A DNA stretch of 64,000 nucleotides. Origin: an uncultured Acidobacteriota bacterium (lineage in GTDB: Bacteria > Acidobacteriota > Thermoanaerobaculia > Multivoradales > UBA5704). The first letter of the stretch is position 1. Every line of letters starts with the position of its first letter. Shown in pieces: positions 9,115 to 20,074 of this stretch. The stretch lies in the NCBI GenBank assembly GCA_963799925.1, contig CAWCYZ010000002.1, positions 1,425,025 through 1,489,024 of the forward strand, written 5' to 3'. A program made the position numbers and the translations under genes. The notes below the pieces were generated by a model that searched no databases, was not told the DNA's origin, and saw only the letters and a list, made by a program, of their open reading frames with translations.

Positions 9115-9672
9115 ATGGGACGGACGAGCCAGGGCTCCGCGCGGCGGGCCGATCGAGCGGCGGCGGGCTTCTCGTTGATCGAGGCGCTGATCGCCACCGG
9201 CATCCTGCTGTTCATCGCGATCGGCATCATCCCGCTCTTCGCGACCAGCATCCTCAACAACAGCCGCGGCAGCGACTCGACGACGGCGACCAACCACTCG
9301 CGCAGCCAGCTCGAGGACATGCTGCAGATCCCCTTCAGCGCCGCGAGCCTCACCCTCCCCGGCAGCGCGACCCAGGCGACGACCCAGGAATGGTGGGCGC
9401 CGGGGAACACCGGCATGATGAACGACGCCGCCGAGGGCTGGATGGGGGCGCAGCCGACCAGCGGGTTCGTCCCCTGGACGCGCACGACGACCGTCACCCA
9501 GTACTCGGTCGCCGCCCTCGACGCCGGCGCGCTCGGCACCGGCGCGGCCGAGCTCGGCTCGACGCCGCCCAACAACGTCCATCTGAAGCAGGTGCAGGTC
9601 GAGGTCGACAGCGGCAAGCAGGGCCTGGTGAGCGGCGAGAAGGTCACCATCCAGGTGGTCAAGGCTTTCTGA
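9115..9672 (+). CDS. PilV-like minor pilin
   Basis: 185 aa. Prepilin motif RAAAG|FSLIEALIATGILLFIAIGIIPLF. Its position in the operon after the FimT-like gene supports the call. Confidence 0.75.
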   Translation: MGRTSQGSARRADRAAAGFSLIEALIATGILLFIAIGIIPLFATSILNNSRGSDSTTATNHSRSQLEDMLQIPFSAASLTLPGSATQATTQEWWAPGNTGMMNDAAEGWMGAQPTSGFVPWTRTTTVTQYSVAALDAGALGTGAAELGSTPPNNVHLKQVQVEVDSGKQGLVSGEKVTIQVVKAF

Positions 9673-9683
9673 GGAGAGGACGC

Positions 9684-10964
9684 ATGCAGAGATCCCGCGC
9701 GAGCCGCCGCCGGCGCGCCGAGTCCGGCTTCACCGTCATCGAGCTGACGATCGCCCTCTTCGTCACCGTCGAGGTGATCCTCGCCGTGCTGCTGCTCTTC
9801 GACTTCAGCAACAAGCTCACCCGCGTGCAGTCGAACGTCACCGACATGCAGCAGTCGCTGCGCATCGCGCAGTACGACACGGTGCGCCTGATCCGCATGG
9901 CGGGCCGCGGCGGCCTGCCGGCGGGGACGAGCGCGACGATCAACTCCGGCTTTTTGGGCGCCGCCGTCGCGGTGCAGAACAACGTCGCGGCGGGCACCTT
10001 CATCACCGACGCGGCGTCCAAGGTCACGGTCGTCGCCGGCACCGACATCGTCACCGTGCGCGGCGTCTTCTCGAGCCCGGTCTACCACCCGACGACCATG
10101 ACCCTCGACAACCCGGCGGCGCCCAACCTCGCGACCAAGGGCACCGTGGTCATCCAGGCGGCCCTCCCCGTCGACCCCCACGCCGCCCCGGACGCCACGA
10201 TGACGCAGGACATCTCGGCGCTCAAGACGGCGGTGCAGAGCGGGGCGCTGGAGCCGCTCCTCCTGGTCGGCGCCGACGACACCGTGTACGCCGTGGTCGA
10301 GCTCGATCCCAGCACCTCGAACATCGCGACGGCCGGCCAGGTCACCCTCGGGTTCAACATCACCGGCGGCACCAACACGCCCGCCTACCGCGCGCTCTCG
10401 GCCGGCGGTGTCTTCCCCGCCGCGCTGAAGAGCGCCTGGACCGTCGGCCTCCTCGAGGAGTACCGCTTCTACGTGCGCGAGGACTACGCGATCCCCGGGC
10501 CGCCGCCGAGCGGCGACCTGATCCCGAAGCTGTCGCGGGCGCGCGTCTTCCCCAACACCAATACCGCCTGGGGCACCGGCACGGCGGCCGCCAACCTGGC
10601 CAACCTGACCTTCGACGTCGCCGACAACGTGACCGATCTCCAGGCCGCCCTGGGCTTCGACACCAACGGCGACGGCGCGGTCACCGACGCCAACAGCAGC
10701 GCCGACGAATGGCTCTACAACGCCGCCGGCGACGCCGGCGGCGCCGCCGGCACCTGGAACGGCAAGCCGCTCTACTACCTGCGCCTGAACACGCTGGTGC
10801 GCACCGACCGGCCCGATCCCAAGTACACGGCGCCGACGATCGTGCGCATCGAAGACCGCGACTACACCGGGTCGCCGTTCAACGATCCGACCACCGCCAC
10901 CCACAACCGGATGTTTCGGCGCCGCCTGCTGCAGACCATCATCGACCTGAGGAACCTGGGATGA
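9684..10964 (+). CDS. PilW-like minor pilin
   Basis: ATG 9684 is preceded by GAGGAGAGGA. Prepilin motif RRRAESG|FTVIELTIALFVTVEVILAVLLLF, 426 aa. Confidence 0.75.
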   Translation: MQRSRASRRRRAESGFTVIELTIALFVTVEVILAVLLLFDFSNKLTRVQSNVTDMQQSLRIAQYDTVRLIRMAGRGGLPAGTSATINSGFLGAAVAVQNNVAAGTFITDAASKVTVVAGTDIVTVRGVFSSPVYHPTTMTLDNPAAPNLATKGTVVIQAALPVDPHAAPDATMTQDISALKTAVQSGALEPLLLVGADDTVYAVVELDPSTSNIATAGQVTLGFNITGGTNTPAYRALSAGGVFPAALKSAWTVGLLEEYRFYVREDYAIPGPPPSGDLIPKLSRARVFPNTNTAWGTGTAAANLANLTFDVADNVTDLQAALGFDTNGDGAVTDANSSADEWLYNAAGDAGGAAGTWNGKPLYYLRLNTLVRTDRPDPKYTAPTIVRIEDRDYTGSPFNDPTTATHNRMFRRRLLQTIIDLRNLG

Positions 10965-11605
10965 GGAACGAGACGATCGAGAGGACGGACGAGACCTGCC
11001 CGGGGATGGCGCCGCCAGGCGGCGGCGAGGTCCACGTCCGTCGCGGCGAGCGCGGCAGCGCCTACCTGATCGCGTTGATGGCGCTCGTGGTGCTCACCAT
11101 CCTCGGCCTGTCGCTGGTCCTGGTGACGCAGACCGAGGTGCAGGTGGGCGCCAACGAGCGCACCGTCAACCGCACCTTCTACGCCGCGGACTCCGGTTTC
11201 CACATCATCACCGCCGAGGCGCTGGCCAACAACACCTACGTCGCGCCGCCGTTCAACATGAACGAGGTCGCGCCGGGCTCCGTGGGCGGCAAGATCGCCG
11301 ACATCGTCAAGGTGACGCCGTTCTCGCCGGTCAGCGCCAACTCGCTCGACAGCCACATCTGCGCCTACTGTCCGGCCAACGAGTCCGGCCCCAAGTACTA
11401 CACCAAGGCCTATCAGCTGACCTCGACCGCCGGCCGTGTCGCCTGGACCAGCGGCAGCACGCCCACCGACCCGACGAACCTCCCCCTGGGCGCCACGGAG
11501 CTGGCCGAGAAGACGCTGTCGATGACGATCCAGATCACGCCGGCGAAAGACCCGCCGACGACGACCATCCAGGACACCACCCTGCTGCAGAAGGTCAAGT
11601 TCTGA
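10961..11605 (+). CDS. PilX-like minor pilin
   Basis: ATGA overlap with the upstream stop. The hydrophobic N-terminal helix GSAYLIALMALVVLTILGLSLVLVTQTEVQVGANERTVNRTFYAADSG is typical of the PilX N-terminal domain. Confidence 0.7.
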   Translation: MRNETIERTDETCPGMAPPGGGEVHVRRGERGSAYLIALMALVVLTILGLSLVLVTQTEVQVGANERTVNRTFYAADSGFHIITAEALANNTYVAPPFNMNEVAPGSVGGKIADIVKVTPFSPVSANSLDSHICAYCPANESGPKYYTKAYQLTSTAGRVAWTSGSTPTDPTNLPLGATELAEKTLSMTIQITPAKDPPTTTIQDTTLLQKVKF

Positions 11606-11637
11606 TCCCTAGGCGTCGCCGCTCTTCCGGAGGCACC

Positions 11638-14600
11638 ATGCTGCCCAAGTCCCTCTTCCGCACGCTGTCCCGCCTCGCCCTGGCCGGCCTCGCGCTCGCC
11701 GCGCTCCTCTCGCCGCGCCCGGCGGCGGCCGACGACCGCGACCTGCTGCGCACTTCGAGCGCCAACCCCTACGTCTTCATCATCCTCGACACCTCGGGGT
11801 CGATGAACTGGGCGCCGCCCTGCTCGGCGACCGACTTCGCCGCCGGCGCCTGCAGCCCGCTGTGCACCAGCGGCGACTGCTTCGTGCCGCTGATGGGCGA
11901 CGACCCGCACTCGAAGGCCTACGAGGCGAAGCAGGCGCTGGTGAACGTGCTCCGGCAGGTCAACAACGTCAACTTCGGCTTCGCCACCTACAACCAGGAC
12001 CAGCTCTACGTGGCGCAGAAGCACTGGATGTACTCGGCGGCCGGCAATGGCGTGACGATCAGCGGCGTGCCCGGCGGCATCTGGCCGGCGACCGGCGCGC
12101 AGGAGGTCTTCGGCTTGGAGTGGGCCTGCACCAGCGGCAGCAACACCGGCTGCGGGCCGACGACCCCGGCCGACGTCACCAACTCGTGGCAGCTGACGCG
12201 CGTGCAGCGCCTGCCGAAGGGTGGCCCCACCTTCACCCTGGCGCAGACCCTCTACATCCTGGCGGGCGGCGCGACCTACCGGATCATCTACACGCCGGTC
12301 GCCGGCGGCGTCCTCGGCGCCGCGACGGTCAAGACGACGGTCGCCGTCGTCAAGTGCACCAACTCGGGCTGCACGACGACCAGCCCGGTGGGCACCAACA
12401 CGGTGACCTGGAACCTGGTGTCGGACTTCGTCTCCTGGGAGTACACCGCCGCCCCTGGCAACCCGCCCGATTTCGAGATCGGCTATTTCAACCAGGGGAA
12501 CGCCTCCGATTCCACGGCGGCCAACACCTGCAACGGCTGGGACCCCAACACCGACACCGCGACCGACAACTCGGCGGTCGCCTGCAACGCCGTGAACGGC
12601 ACCTGCCCGCAGGACTTCCGGTTCGCGACCGACGCGAGCGATCCGCGCGGCACCTTCTTCACCGTCGGCGACGTCATCCCGCTCGACTGGACGAACGACC
12701 ACAACCTCTTGATCCAGCAGCGCCTGGCGCCCATCCTGATCAGCAATCCGTCGGCGATACCCGATGCCTCGATGCCGAATGCCGGCTTCGGCATCGCCAG
12801 CTATTTCAACGATCAACCCCTGAGCGGGGACGGCTCGCTGCGCCTCAGGAATCCGAACGTCAAGCCGTTCATGCCCAACGGCTCGACGCCGCTCGGCGCC
12901 AGCCTGCTCTCCTTTCGCCAGTGGTACGCCGGCTGCACCAGCGGCAACTGCTCGGCGGCGCAGGTCGCCAACAGCTGGAAGGGGTACGCGGCGGCCCACG
13001 ACACCAGCTTCGGCTGCCGGCGCAAGTACGTGCTGTTCATCACTGACGGCCAGGAGACCTGCGGCGGCGACCCGTGCACCGCGGCGGGCGACCTCAACAA
13101 CCGCGACGGCGTCACCGTCGACGTCGTTGCCTTCGGGGTCAACGCCGCGAACTCGACGCTCTCGTCGATCAACTGCATGGCGACCAACGGCGGCGGCACG
13201 GCCTACTTCCCGCAGAACCAGAAAGAGCTCGTCGATGCCCTGAAGAACGCCTTCGGCTCGATCCTCGAAGAGTCGACGGCCTTCGCCTCCGCCGCGGTGC
13301 CGCAGGTCCAGGCGGACGTCTCGGACAAGCTGTTCCTCACCAGCTTCAACCCGTTGACCGGCGAGTCGATCTGGGACGGCCACGTCAACGCCTTCTTGAA
13401 GCCGCTGCCCCTGACCCCGGCGAGCAAGCCCGACACCTCGCGCGTCTGCAACGGCTCGGGGATCACCAGCAGCTGCGTCCTCTGGGACGGCGCCGACGCG
13501 GTCTCGCGCGCCGCGCCGCCGCCGGCCAGCGCCGCGCTGGGGACCTCGACCGGGCTGCAGCTCGGGCTCGACCCGACGATCAACCGCCGCGTCTTCTACC
13601 CCGAGGCGAACACGACCGGCGCGGTGCCGGGCACGATGCGGCTGTTCTATGCGCCGACCGGCCCGGCGCTGCCCAACAACGTCGACCCTTTGTGGACGGA
13701 CCTCTGGAACGGGCTGCAGATCGCCTATGACGTGGCCAACCCGTCGACGGCCAAGACCGCGAGCATCAACATCCTCGCCAAGCAGCTCGGCCAGCGGACG
13801 GACACCATCAACTTCCTCGACGGCAGCACCAAGGTCGTCACCTACGCGCTCGGCGACACCTTCCATGCCGATCCGCTGGTGATCTCGAACCCCGACAACT
13901 TCCAGCTCTACGCCGCCGACTACAAGGGCAACGCCATGGCGTGCGGCAGCGTCGGCCTGCTGCCCAAGAATCCGGGGTACCGCTGCTTCGCCGACAAGCA
14001 CCGGCAGCGGCGCCAGATCCTCTACCTGGCGGCCAACGACGGCCAGCTCCACGCCTTCGACGTCGCCAACTACTCGGCGACCCTGACGAAGTATCAGGAC
14101 GACATGAAGGGCCTCGAGATCTTCTCCTACATCCCGCGCCTGGCGCTGCCCATCGTGCGCGACCAGGCCCAGGGAACGGCGGAGATCTTCTCGCTCGACG
14201 GGCCGCCGCGCAGCAATGACGTGTTCATCGACCCCAACTACACCACCGCGCCGGCCTCGACCGACGACTCGAACCGCGAGTGGCGGACGGTCGTCGTCGG
14301 CGGCTTCCGCGAGGGCGGCTCGATCTTCGGCGGCGGCCTGGTCAACGGCTTCACCAGCGGCTACTACGCCCTCGACGTGACGCAGCCCGACACCCTGAGC
14401 GCGAGCAACAACCCGGTCAGCCCCGGATCGCCGACGGCGCCGACGGTGCCCGACTGCCTCGATCTCAACAACGTGGCGAAGGCCAACTGCGGGCGCAACC
14501 CGTTCCCCGCCGTGCTCTGGGAGTTCACCGACTCGATCTCCGGCTCGCGGCTGGACGAGGACGGCAACGGCGCCGCCGACCTCGGCGCCACCTGGTCGGC

Positions 14601-15747
14601 GCCGACCATCGGCCGCATCAAGGTGAAGGACAACGGCAACGTCGTCGACAAATGGGTGGCGATCTTCGGCGGCGGCTACGACGAGCTCAACAAGACGACG
14701 CCGAAGAGCGGCACCTGGCTCTACATCGTCGACATCGAGACCGGCCAGGCGATCTACAAGCACTCCCTGGCCGGCGCCGCGGCCGCCGACCCGGCGGTGG
14801 TCGACTCCAACCAGGACGGCTACCTCGACACGATCTACATCGGCACCACCGCCGGCATGATGTACAAGGTCGACATCAGCACCCCGGCGTCGCTGCAGAC
14901 GGTGAACATCAACAAGAGCCTCTTCCTGCCGCCGCTCGCCGCCAACGCCGCGGTCAAGCGGGTGACCGATTCGGCCTGGAACCCGTTCGCCATCTTCTCG
15001 ACCGGCGGCCGGCCGATCTTCTTCGCGCCGACCGCCTTCTTCCTGCCGTCGATCGGCCGCTACATCCTGGGCTTCGGCACCGGCGACCGCGAGAACCTGT
15101 GGAACCTGACCGGGCAGACCGGCCGCTTCTACATGATCGAGGACGAGAGCTACACCCAGGCCTCGTCGGGGCTGCCGAAGACCGAGGCGAACTACAAGCA
15201 GCTCGACAGCAACGGCGCCGACGTCGCGTCGGCCAGCGACTTCATCCTCAACCCGTTGGGCGGCAACAACAGCGGCTGGATCCTGCTGCTCAACGCCGAC
15301 GAGCGGGTGATCACCCAGTCCTTCGGCCTGTCGGGCGTCGTCATCTTCTCGAGCTACAACCCGCAGGTGGTGGTCACCGGCACCGGCAGCTCCGTGGTCT
15401 GCGCCCGCTCGGGCGACAGCCGCCAGTTCCTGGTCTTCGCCAACAACGCCAACTCGATCCTCACCACCGGCGGCTCGCTGACCCGCTTCCTGACCATCCC
15501 GGAGTTCGTCACCAACCCCTTCGTCGAGCAGGGGGCGACCAAGAACACCCCGGCGACCAACAAGAACTCCGAGCAGCTCGACGCCATCCAGCAGGGGATC
15601 TACAATAGCCTCAAGCAGTTCGCCCCCAAGAACGCGCGGTTCGCCAACTACTGGTTCTCGGTGAGCGCCGTCCGGTCCGACACCGGCTACGTGCGCGAGG
15701 CGACGATCCCGATCGCCATCGTGATCAAGAACTGGAAGGAGCATTGA
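11638..15747 (+). CDS. pilY1: PilY1-like pilus tip adhesin with N-terminal vWA domain
   Basis: 1369 aa with a signal peptide. The vWA MIDAS motif is FIILDTSGSMNW. The C-terminal PilY1/PilC-type region has the Ca-binding-like DSNQDGYLDTIYIGTTAGMMYKVD. Confidence 0.85.
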   Translation: MLPKSLFRTLSRLALAGLALAALLSPRPAAADDRDLLRTSSANPYVFIILDTSGSMNWAPPCSATDFAAGACSPLCTSGDCFVPLMGDDPHSKAYEAKQALVNVLRQVNNVNFGFATYNQDQLYVAQKHWMYSAAGNGVTISGVPGGIWPATGAQEVFGLEWACTSGSNTGCGPTTPADVTNSWQLTRVQRLPKGGPTFTLAQTLYILAGGATYRIIYTPVAGGVLGAATVKTTVAVVKCTNSGCTTTSPVGTNTVTWNLVSDFVSWEYTAAPGNPPDFEIGYFNQGNASDSTAANTCNGWDPNTDTATDNSAVACNAVNGTCPQDFRFATDASDPRGTFFTVGDVIPLDWTNDHNLLIQQRLAPILISNPSAIPDASMPNAGFGIASYFNDQPLSGDGSLRLRNPNVKPFMPNGSTPLGASLLSFRQWYAGCTSGNCSAAQVANSWKGYAAAHDTSFGCRRKYVLFITDGQETCGGDPCTAAGDLNNRDGVTVDVVAFGVNAANSTLSSINCMATNGGGTAYFPQNQKELVDALKNAFGSILEESTAFASAAVPQVQADVSDKLFLTSFNPLTGESIWDGHVNAFLKPLPLTPASKPDTSRVCNGSGITSSCVLWDGADAVSRAAPPPASAALGTSTGLQLGLDPTINRRVFYPEANTTGAVPGTMRLFYAPTGPALPNNVDPLWTDLWNGLQIAYDVANPSTAKTASINILAKQLGQRTDTINFLDGSTKVVTYALGDTFHADPLVISNPDNFQLYAADYKGNAMACGSVGLLPKNPGYRCFADKHRQRRQILYLAANDGQLHAFDVANYSATLTKYQDDMKGLEIFSYIPRLALPIVRDQAQGTAEIFSLDGPPRSNDVFIDPNYTTAPASTDDSNREWRTVVVGGFREGGSIFGGGLVNGFTSGYYALDVTQPDTLSASNNPVSPGSPTAPTVPDCLDLNNVAKANCGRNPFPAVLWEFTDSISGSRLDEDGNGAADLGATWSAPTIGRIKVKDNGNVVDKWVAIFGGGYDELNKTTPKSGTWLYIVDIETGQAIYKHSLAGAAAADPAVVDSNQDGYLDTIYIGTTAGMMYKVDISTPASLQTVNINKSLFLPPLAANAAVKRVTDSAWNPFAIFSTGGRPIFFAPTAFFLPSIGRYILGFGTGDRENLWNLTGQTGRFYMIEDESYTQASSGLPKTEANYKQLDSNGADVASASDFILNPLGGNNSGWILLLNADERVITQSFGLSGVVIFSSYNPQVVVTGTGSSVVCARSGDSRQFLVFANNANSILTTGGSLTRFLTIPEFVTNPFVEQGATKNTPATNKNSEQLDAIQQGIYNSLKQFAPKNARFANYWFSVSAVRSDTGYVREATIPIAIVIKNWKEH

Positions 15748-15749
15748 TC

Positions 15750-16523
15750 GTGAAGCGCACCTCTCCGCTCGCCGTCCCGTCCGCCGCGCTCCTGGCGCTC
15801 GCGTCGCTGGCCCTGCCGCCCGCCGCCCGCGCCGACTGGCTGATCACGACCGAGGGCGGCCGGGTCGAGACCCGCGGCCCGTGGGAGGTCAAGGGCAGGC
15901 TCGTCGTCTTCGCCACCGCCGACGGGGCGCTCTCGTCGCTCCGCGTGACGCAGGTCGACCTCGAGTCGAGCCGGCGCGCCACGGCGGAGTCCCGGCAGGC
16001 GCTGGCCGAGGCCGACAGCGCGCCGCCGCCGCAGGCGCGCAAGTCGGTGCGCTCGATCACCGACAAGGACGTCGGCCACCCCGATGCGAAGCCGGCCGGG
16101 GCGCCGCCGAGCGACGCGGCCAAGCCGGCCGACGGGCCGGCGGGGGCCGCCGCCAAGCCGGCCGAAGCCGCCGGCAGGAGCCCGGTCGCGGTCGGTACCT
16201 GGCAGAAGGTCGACCGCGCGGAGAAGGACGGGGTCGACGTCGTCGGCTCGCTCGAGAACGGGAGCGGCGACCTGCAGACCGACGTCGGCATGACCGTGAC
16301 GCTGGTCGACGACGGCGGCGGCACGCTCGGCACGGCGCGCGCGGTGCTCACCGCCGACTCGATCCCCGGCAAGGGGTCGACCGACTTCAAGGCCGCGTTC
16401 CCCGGCGTCTTCACCTTCGCGCGCGCCAAGTTCGACATCCAGAGCGCCGGGCTGAAGCTCAAGATGACGCCGGGCGACCAGGGGACCGATCGCGCCGCGC
16501 CGTCGGCCGACAAGCCGAACTGA
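15750..16523 (+). CDS. secreted protein of unknown function, last gene of minor-pilin operon
   Basis: AAGGAG lies 8 nt upstream of GTG 15750. The signal peptide is [28 protein letters not shown], followed by an Ala/Pro-rich linker and a C-terminal beta-rich region. Confidence 0.6.
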   Translation: MKRTSPLAVPSAALLALASLALPPAARADWLITTEGGRVETRGPWEVKGRLVVFATADGALSSLRVTQVDLESSRRATAESRQALAEADSAPPPQARKSVRSITDKDVGHPDAKPAGAPPSDAAKPADGPAGAAAKPAEAAGRSPVAVGTWQKVDRAEKDGVDVVGSLENGSGDLQTDVGMTVTLVDDGGGTLGTARAVLTADSIPGKGSTDFKAAFPGVFTFARAKFDIQSAGLKLKMTPGDQGTDRAAPSADKPN

Positions 16524-16544
16524 CGGGACCGTCCTCCGCCGGGC

Positions 16545-17882
16545 CTACCGGCGATACCGCGGCACGCCGCCCAGGTCGTGCTCGTGGACTTTGCGCAGCA
16601 GCATCCGGTAGCTCCAGCCCAGGGCCTTCGCCGCCTCCCGCTTGTCGCCGTCGGCGGCGACGAGCGCCTGGCGCACCCGCTCGCGCTCGGCCGTCCCCGC
16701 CGCGGCCGGGGCGAGCGGGCGCAGCAGGGGCTTGACGTCGGCGATCCGCAGGACCGGGCCGTCGGCGAGGATCAGCGCCCGCTCGAGGACGTTGCCGAGC
16801 TCGCGCACGTTGCCCGGCCACGGCTCGGCGGCGAGGAGCGCCGCCGCCTCCTCCTCGAGGCGGGGCGGCTCGCGGCGGTGGCGGCGGGCGATGCCGGCGA
16901 GGAGGTGGCGGGCGAGGAGCGGGATGTCGCTCGCCCGCTCGCGCAGCGCCGGCAGCTCGATGGGGAAGACGTCGAGGCGGAAGAAGAGGTCGGGGCGGAA
17001 GGCGCCCTGGTCGACCATCGCCTGCAGCTCGCGGTTGGTGGCGGCGACCAGCCGCACGTCGGCGCGCAGGGTGCGCCCGCCGCCCACCCGCTCGAAGGTC
17101 CGCTCCTCGAGCACCCGCAGCACCTTGCCCTGCACGCCGAGCGACAGCTCGCCGATCTCGTCGAGCAGGAGCGTGCCGCCCAAGGCGAGCTCGAAGCGCC
17201 CCGGCTGGCGCCGGTCGGCGCCGGTGAAGGCTCCCTTCTCGTGGCCGAAGAGCTCGTTCTCCATGAGCTGCTCGGGGATCGCCGCGCAGTTGACGGCGAT
17301 GAAGGGCCCGCCGCGCCGCGTCGAGAGGGCGTGGAGGGCGCGCGCGAAGAGCTCCTTGCCGGTGCCGCTCTCGCCGGTCAGCAGCACCGTGCTCTCGGTC
17401 GGCGCCACGCGCTCGAGCAGGCGGATCGCCGCCCGCGTGCGCGGATGGCGGCCGACGATCGGCGGCGCGCCCGGCGGGGAGAAGACCTCCGCCCCGCCGC
17501 CGCCCAGCGGGTCCAGCCGCTCGCCGATGGCGCGGGCGATCAGCCGCGCCAGGTCGTCGATCTCGACCGGCTTCTCGAGGAAATCGTAGGCGCCGAGCTT
17601 CATCGCCTCGACCGCGGCGCCGACCGTGCCGTAGCCGGTCAGCACCACGACCGGCACCTGCGGCCGCGCGGCGCGGCTGGCGGCGAGCACCTCGAGCCCG
17701 GAGGCGTCGGGGAGCTTGAGATCGGTGAGCACCAGGTCGTAGGCGCGCTCGGCGAGCAGGCGCATGCCGTGCTGTCCCGCGGCCGCCGACTCGACCTCGT
17801 ACCCCTCGGCGGCGAGCGCGCGCTCGAGCATGCGGCGGAGCGAATCGCGGTCCTCGACGACCAGGATGCGGCCGTCGGTCAC
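16545..17882 (-). CDS. sigma-54-dependent response regulator (NtrC/PilR family)
   Basis: 445 aa. REC domain (ILVVEDRDS...[10 protein letters not shown]), AAA+ domain with GESGTGKE and GAFTGA, and C-terminal [22 protein letters not shown]. Confidence 0.9.
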   Translation of the reverse strand: MTDGRILVVEDRDSLRRMLERALAAEGYEVESAAAGQHGMRLLAERAYDLVLTDLKLPDASGLEVLAASRAARPQVPVVVLTGYGTVGAAVEAMKLGAYDFLEKPVEIDDLARLIARAIGERLDPLGGGGAEVFSPPGAPPIVGRHPRTRAAIRLLERVAPTESTVLLTGESGTGKELFARALHALSTRRGGPFIAVNCAAIPEQLMENELFGHEKGAFTGADRRQPGRFELALGGTLLLDEIGELSLGVQGKVLRVLEERTFERVGGGRTLRADVRLVAATNRELQAMVDQGAFRPDLFFRLDVFPIELPALRERASDIPLLARHLLAGIARRHRREPPRLEEEAAALLAAEPWPGNVRELGNVLERALILADGPVLRIADVKPLLRPLAPAAAGTAERERVRQALVAADGDKREAAKALGWSYRMLLRKVHEHDLGGVPRYRR

Positions 17883-19319
17883 CGCGCCGGCTCCGCCGGC
17901 CGCGGATCAGCGGCCAGCGCTGGCTTCGGATCAGCGGCCAGAGCCGCTTGGATCGCGGCGACCAAGGTGTCGTCGTCCTCGGGATCGACGGTGCGCAGGT
18001 CGAGGAGGAGCCGCCCCTCGCGCAGGTAGCCGACGACCGGCGGATGGGGCGGCGCGCCGCGGCGCAGGCGGGAGAGCAGCCCCGGGTCGCCGGGCAGCGC
18101 CAGCGCCTCGCCCGGGATCGGCGCCTCGGGCGCCGAGCCGCCGCCGAGGAAGGCGTCGGCGGCCACGATCCCGACGCATGCCGACGCTCCCCGCGGCGCC
18201 GAGCGCCGCCGCGGCGCGCTCGAGCCGGCGGCGGGTGACCGCCGGATCCGCCCATAGCCGGTCGATGGGGAGCGGCGCCCCGGCGAGGTGGAGCCGCAGC
18301 ACCCCCTCGAGGGCCGCCAGGGTCGTGCGGTCCGGGCGCAGCGCCCGGTAGAGCGGGTGCTTGCGGCAGCGCGCCAGGAGGTCGGCGCGGCCGACGAGGA
18401 GCCCGGCCTGGGGGCCGCCCAGGAGCTTGTCGCCGCTGCCGCAGGCGAGGTCGCAGCCGGCGGCGATGAGCGTCGAGAGGCTGGGGTGGCCGGCGAGCTG
18501 CGGCGCCGCGCTCGGGCGCAGCAGGCCGCTCCCCTCGTCGACGAGGACGGGGATGCCGACGGCGCGCCCGAGCTCGGCGAGCTCCGCCGGCTCGACCGCG
18601 GCGACGAAGCCGATCTGCCGGAAGTTGCTGGGGAAGACCTTCAGCAGGAGGGCGGTGTCCGGGCCGACCGCGGCGCGGTAGTCGGCGAGGCGCGTGCGAT
18701 TGGTCGCCCCCACCTCGACCAAACGCGCGCCGGCCGCCGCCATGATCTCGGGGATGCGGAACGAGCCGCCGATCTCGATCAGCTCGCCGCGCGAGACGAC
18801 GACCGCGCGGTCGCGGGCGAGGGCGGCGAGCGCCAGCACCAGGGCGGCGGCGTTGTTGTTGACGACGACCGCCGCGGCGGCGCCGGTCGCCGCCATCAGC
18901 AGCCGCTCGACCCGGCGGTTGCGCTCGCCGCGGCGGCCGCTCTCGCGGTCGAGCTCCAGGTCGCAGTAGGCGTCGAGGAGGGCGGGCAGGCGCCGGACGA
19001 CGGCGCGCGGCAGCGGCGCGCGCCCGAGGTTGGTGTGCAGGAAGATGCCGGTGGCGTTGAGCACCCGCGCGAGCGGCGCGCCGAATTCCGCCTCGAGGGC
19101 GGCGGCGATGCGCTGCGGCAGGCGGCCGAGGGCGCCCTCGACCTCCGCGGCGGCGGGCCCGGAGCGCAGCCAGGCGCGCAGGGCCGCGAGCTCCCGCCGC
19201 GCTTGGACCCTCACGGGACCGCGCCCGTATAATGCAAGGAGATCGGCGACCGCGGGGTCGCTCAACAGACGATCGACCGCAGGGATCGCGCGACGGGCGT
19301 CGTGGGATTCGGGTTCCAT
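17879..19319 (-). pseudogene. selA: L-seryl-tRNA(Sec) selenium transferase SelA, apparent single frameshift near 18167-18185
   Basis: N-terminus [19 protein letters not shown]. Motifs [18 protein letters not shown] and [13 protein letters not shown] are present. The C-terminal part ([16 protein letters not shown]...[17 protein letters not shown]) continues in another frame (track ORF 17879-18166). Confidence 0.75.
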
Positions 19320-19347
19320 CAGAGCGTCGAGCCATTGTAGGAGATTC

Positions 19348-20028
19348 GTGGACGCCAAGCGAAACACGGGAGCGCCGGGCCAGGCCGGGCCGCGCGGCGG
19401 ATTCGGCGCCGGCCCGGCCGGCTACGCCGGCGGGCCGCCGGCCGCGCCCTCCAAGCGGGCGGCCGCGGCGCCCGCGGCCACCCCGCGCGGCGTCGGCGTC
19501 CAGGAGGGGCTCGACCAGCTCGGCAGGAGCATCCAGCAGCTCCGCATCGACTTCGAGCGCTTCTTCAACGGCGCCCTCCCGGTGCCGCCCGAGGAGCTGC
19601 GCAACCGCATCGTGGTGCAGCTGCGGCAGCTCCGCAACGCCAACCTGACGGCAGCGGTCGACAACTTCCGCCTGAGCGACCTCGAAGCCCGCTTCAACAC
19701 CTACAGCGAGCTGTTCAACCGGCGCCTGCGCGAGCGCGAGGAGGGCCGCTCCATGAGCCACGCCGCCGCCGACCTGGCGGCGCCGCGCTACGACGTCGAG
19801 AAGGGCATCCTGGTCGCCGACGCGGTCGAGCCGGCGGCGGCGGCGGCGCTCTACTCCGGCCTCGCGGAGGGCGCCGGCGAGGCGCCCAGGTTCGACCTCC
19901 ACAGCTTCCAGACCTACATCGAGCGCCAGGCGGCGGCGATCCGCGCGCGGACCGGCTGCGCCCAGGTGCAGTTTCGCCTCGCCGACGAGGACGGCAAGCT
20001 CAAGCTGAAGGCCCGTCCCGTCGCATGA
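19348..20028 (+). CDS. conserved hypothetical protein (Gly/Ala/Pro-rich N-terminus, helical C-terminal domain)
   Basis: AGGAG lies 5 nt upstream of GTG 19348, 226 aa. Third-position G+C is high by inspection (not computed). No motif I can name. Confidence 0.55.
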   Translation: MDAKRNTGAPGQAGPRGGFGAGPAGYAGGPPAAPSKRAAAAPAATPRGVGVQEGLDQLGRSIQQLRIDFERFFNGALPVPPEELRNRIVVQLRQLRNANLTAAVDNFRLSDLEARFNTYSELFNRRLREREEGRSMSHAAADLAAPRYDVEKGILVADAVEPAAAAALYSGLAEGAGEAPRFDLHSFQTYIERQAAAIRARTGCAQVQFRLADEDGKLKLKARPVA

Positions 20029-20074
20029 CCGCCCGCCGTCCCGCTCGCCCTAGGCGACCGATAGGAGAACCGTC

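Noticed and set aside
11413-15744. 1443-aa ORF antisense to pilY1, with similar giant ORFs at 16459-19902, 24258-27410, 24784-27474, 27544-31530, 31098-32945 and 53954-55186
   Set aside because: They are antisense or off-frame to genes with clear motifs. They have low-complexity Arg/Gly/Asp/Pro-rich translations with no motifs and no RBS. They are treated as non-coding shadows, except for the sub-segments noted as true gene parts (tldD N-terminus, folC C-terminus).
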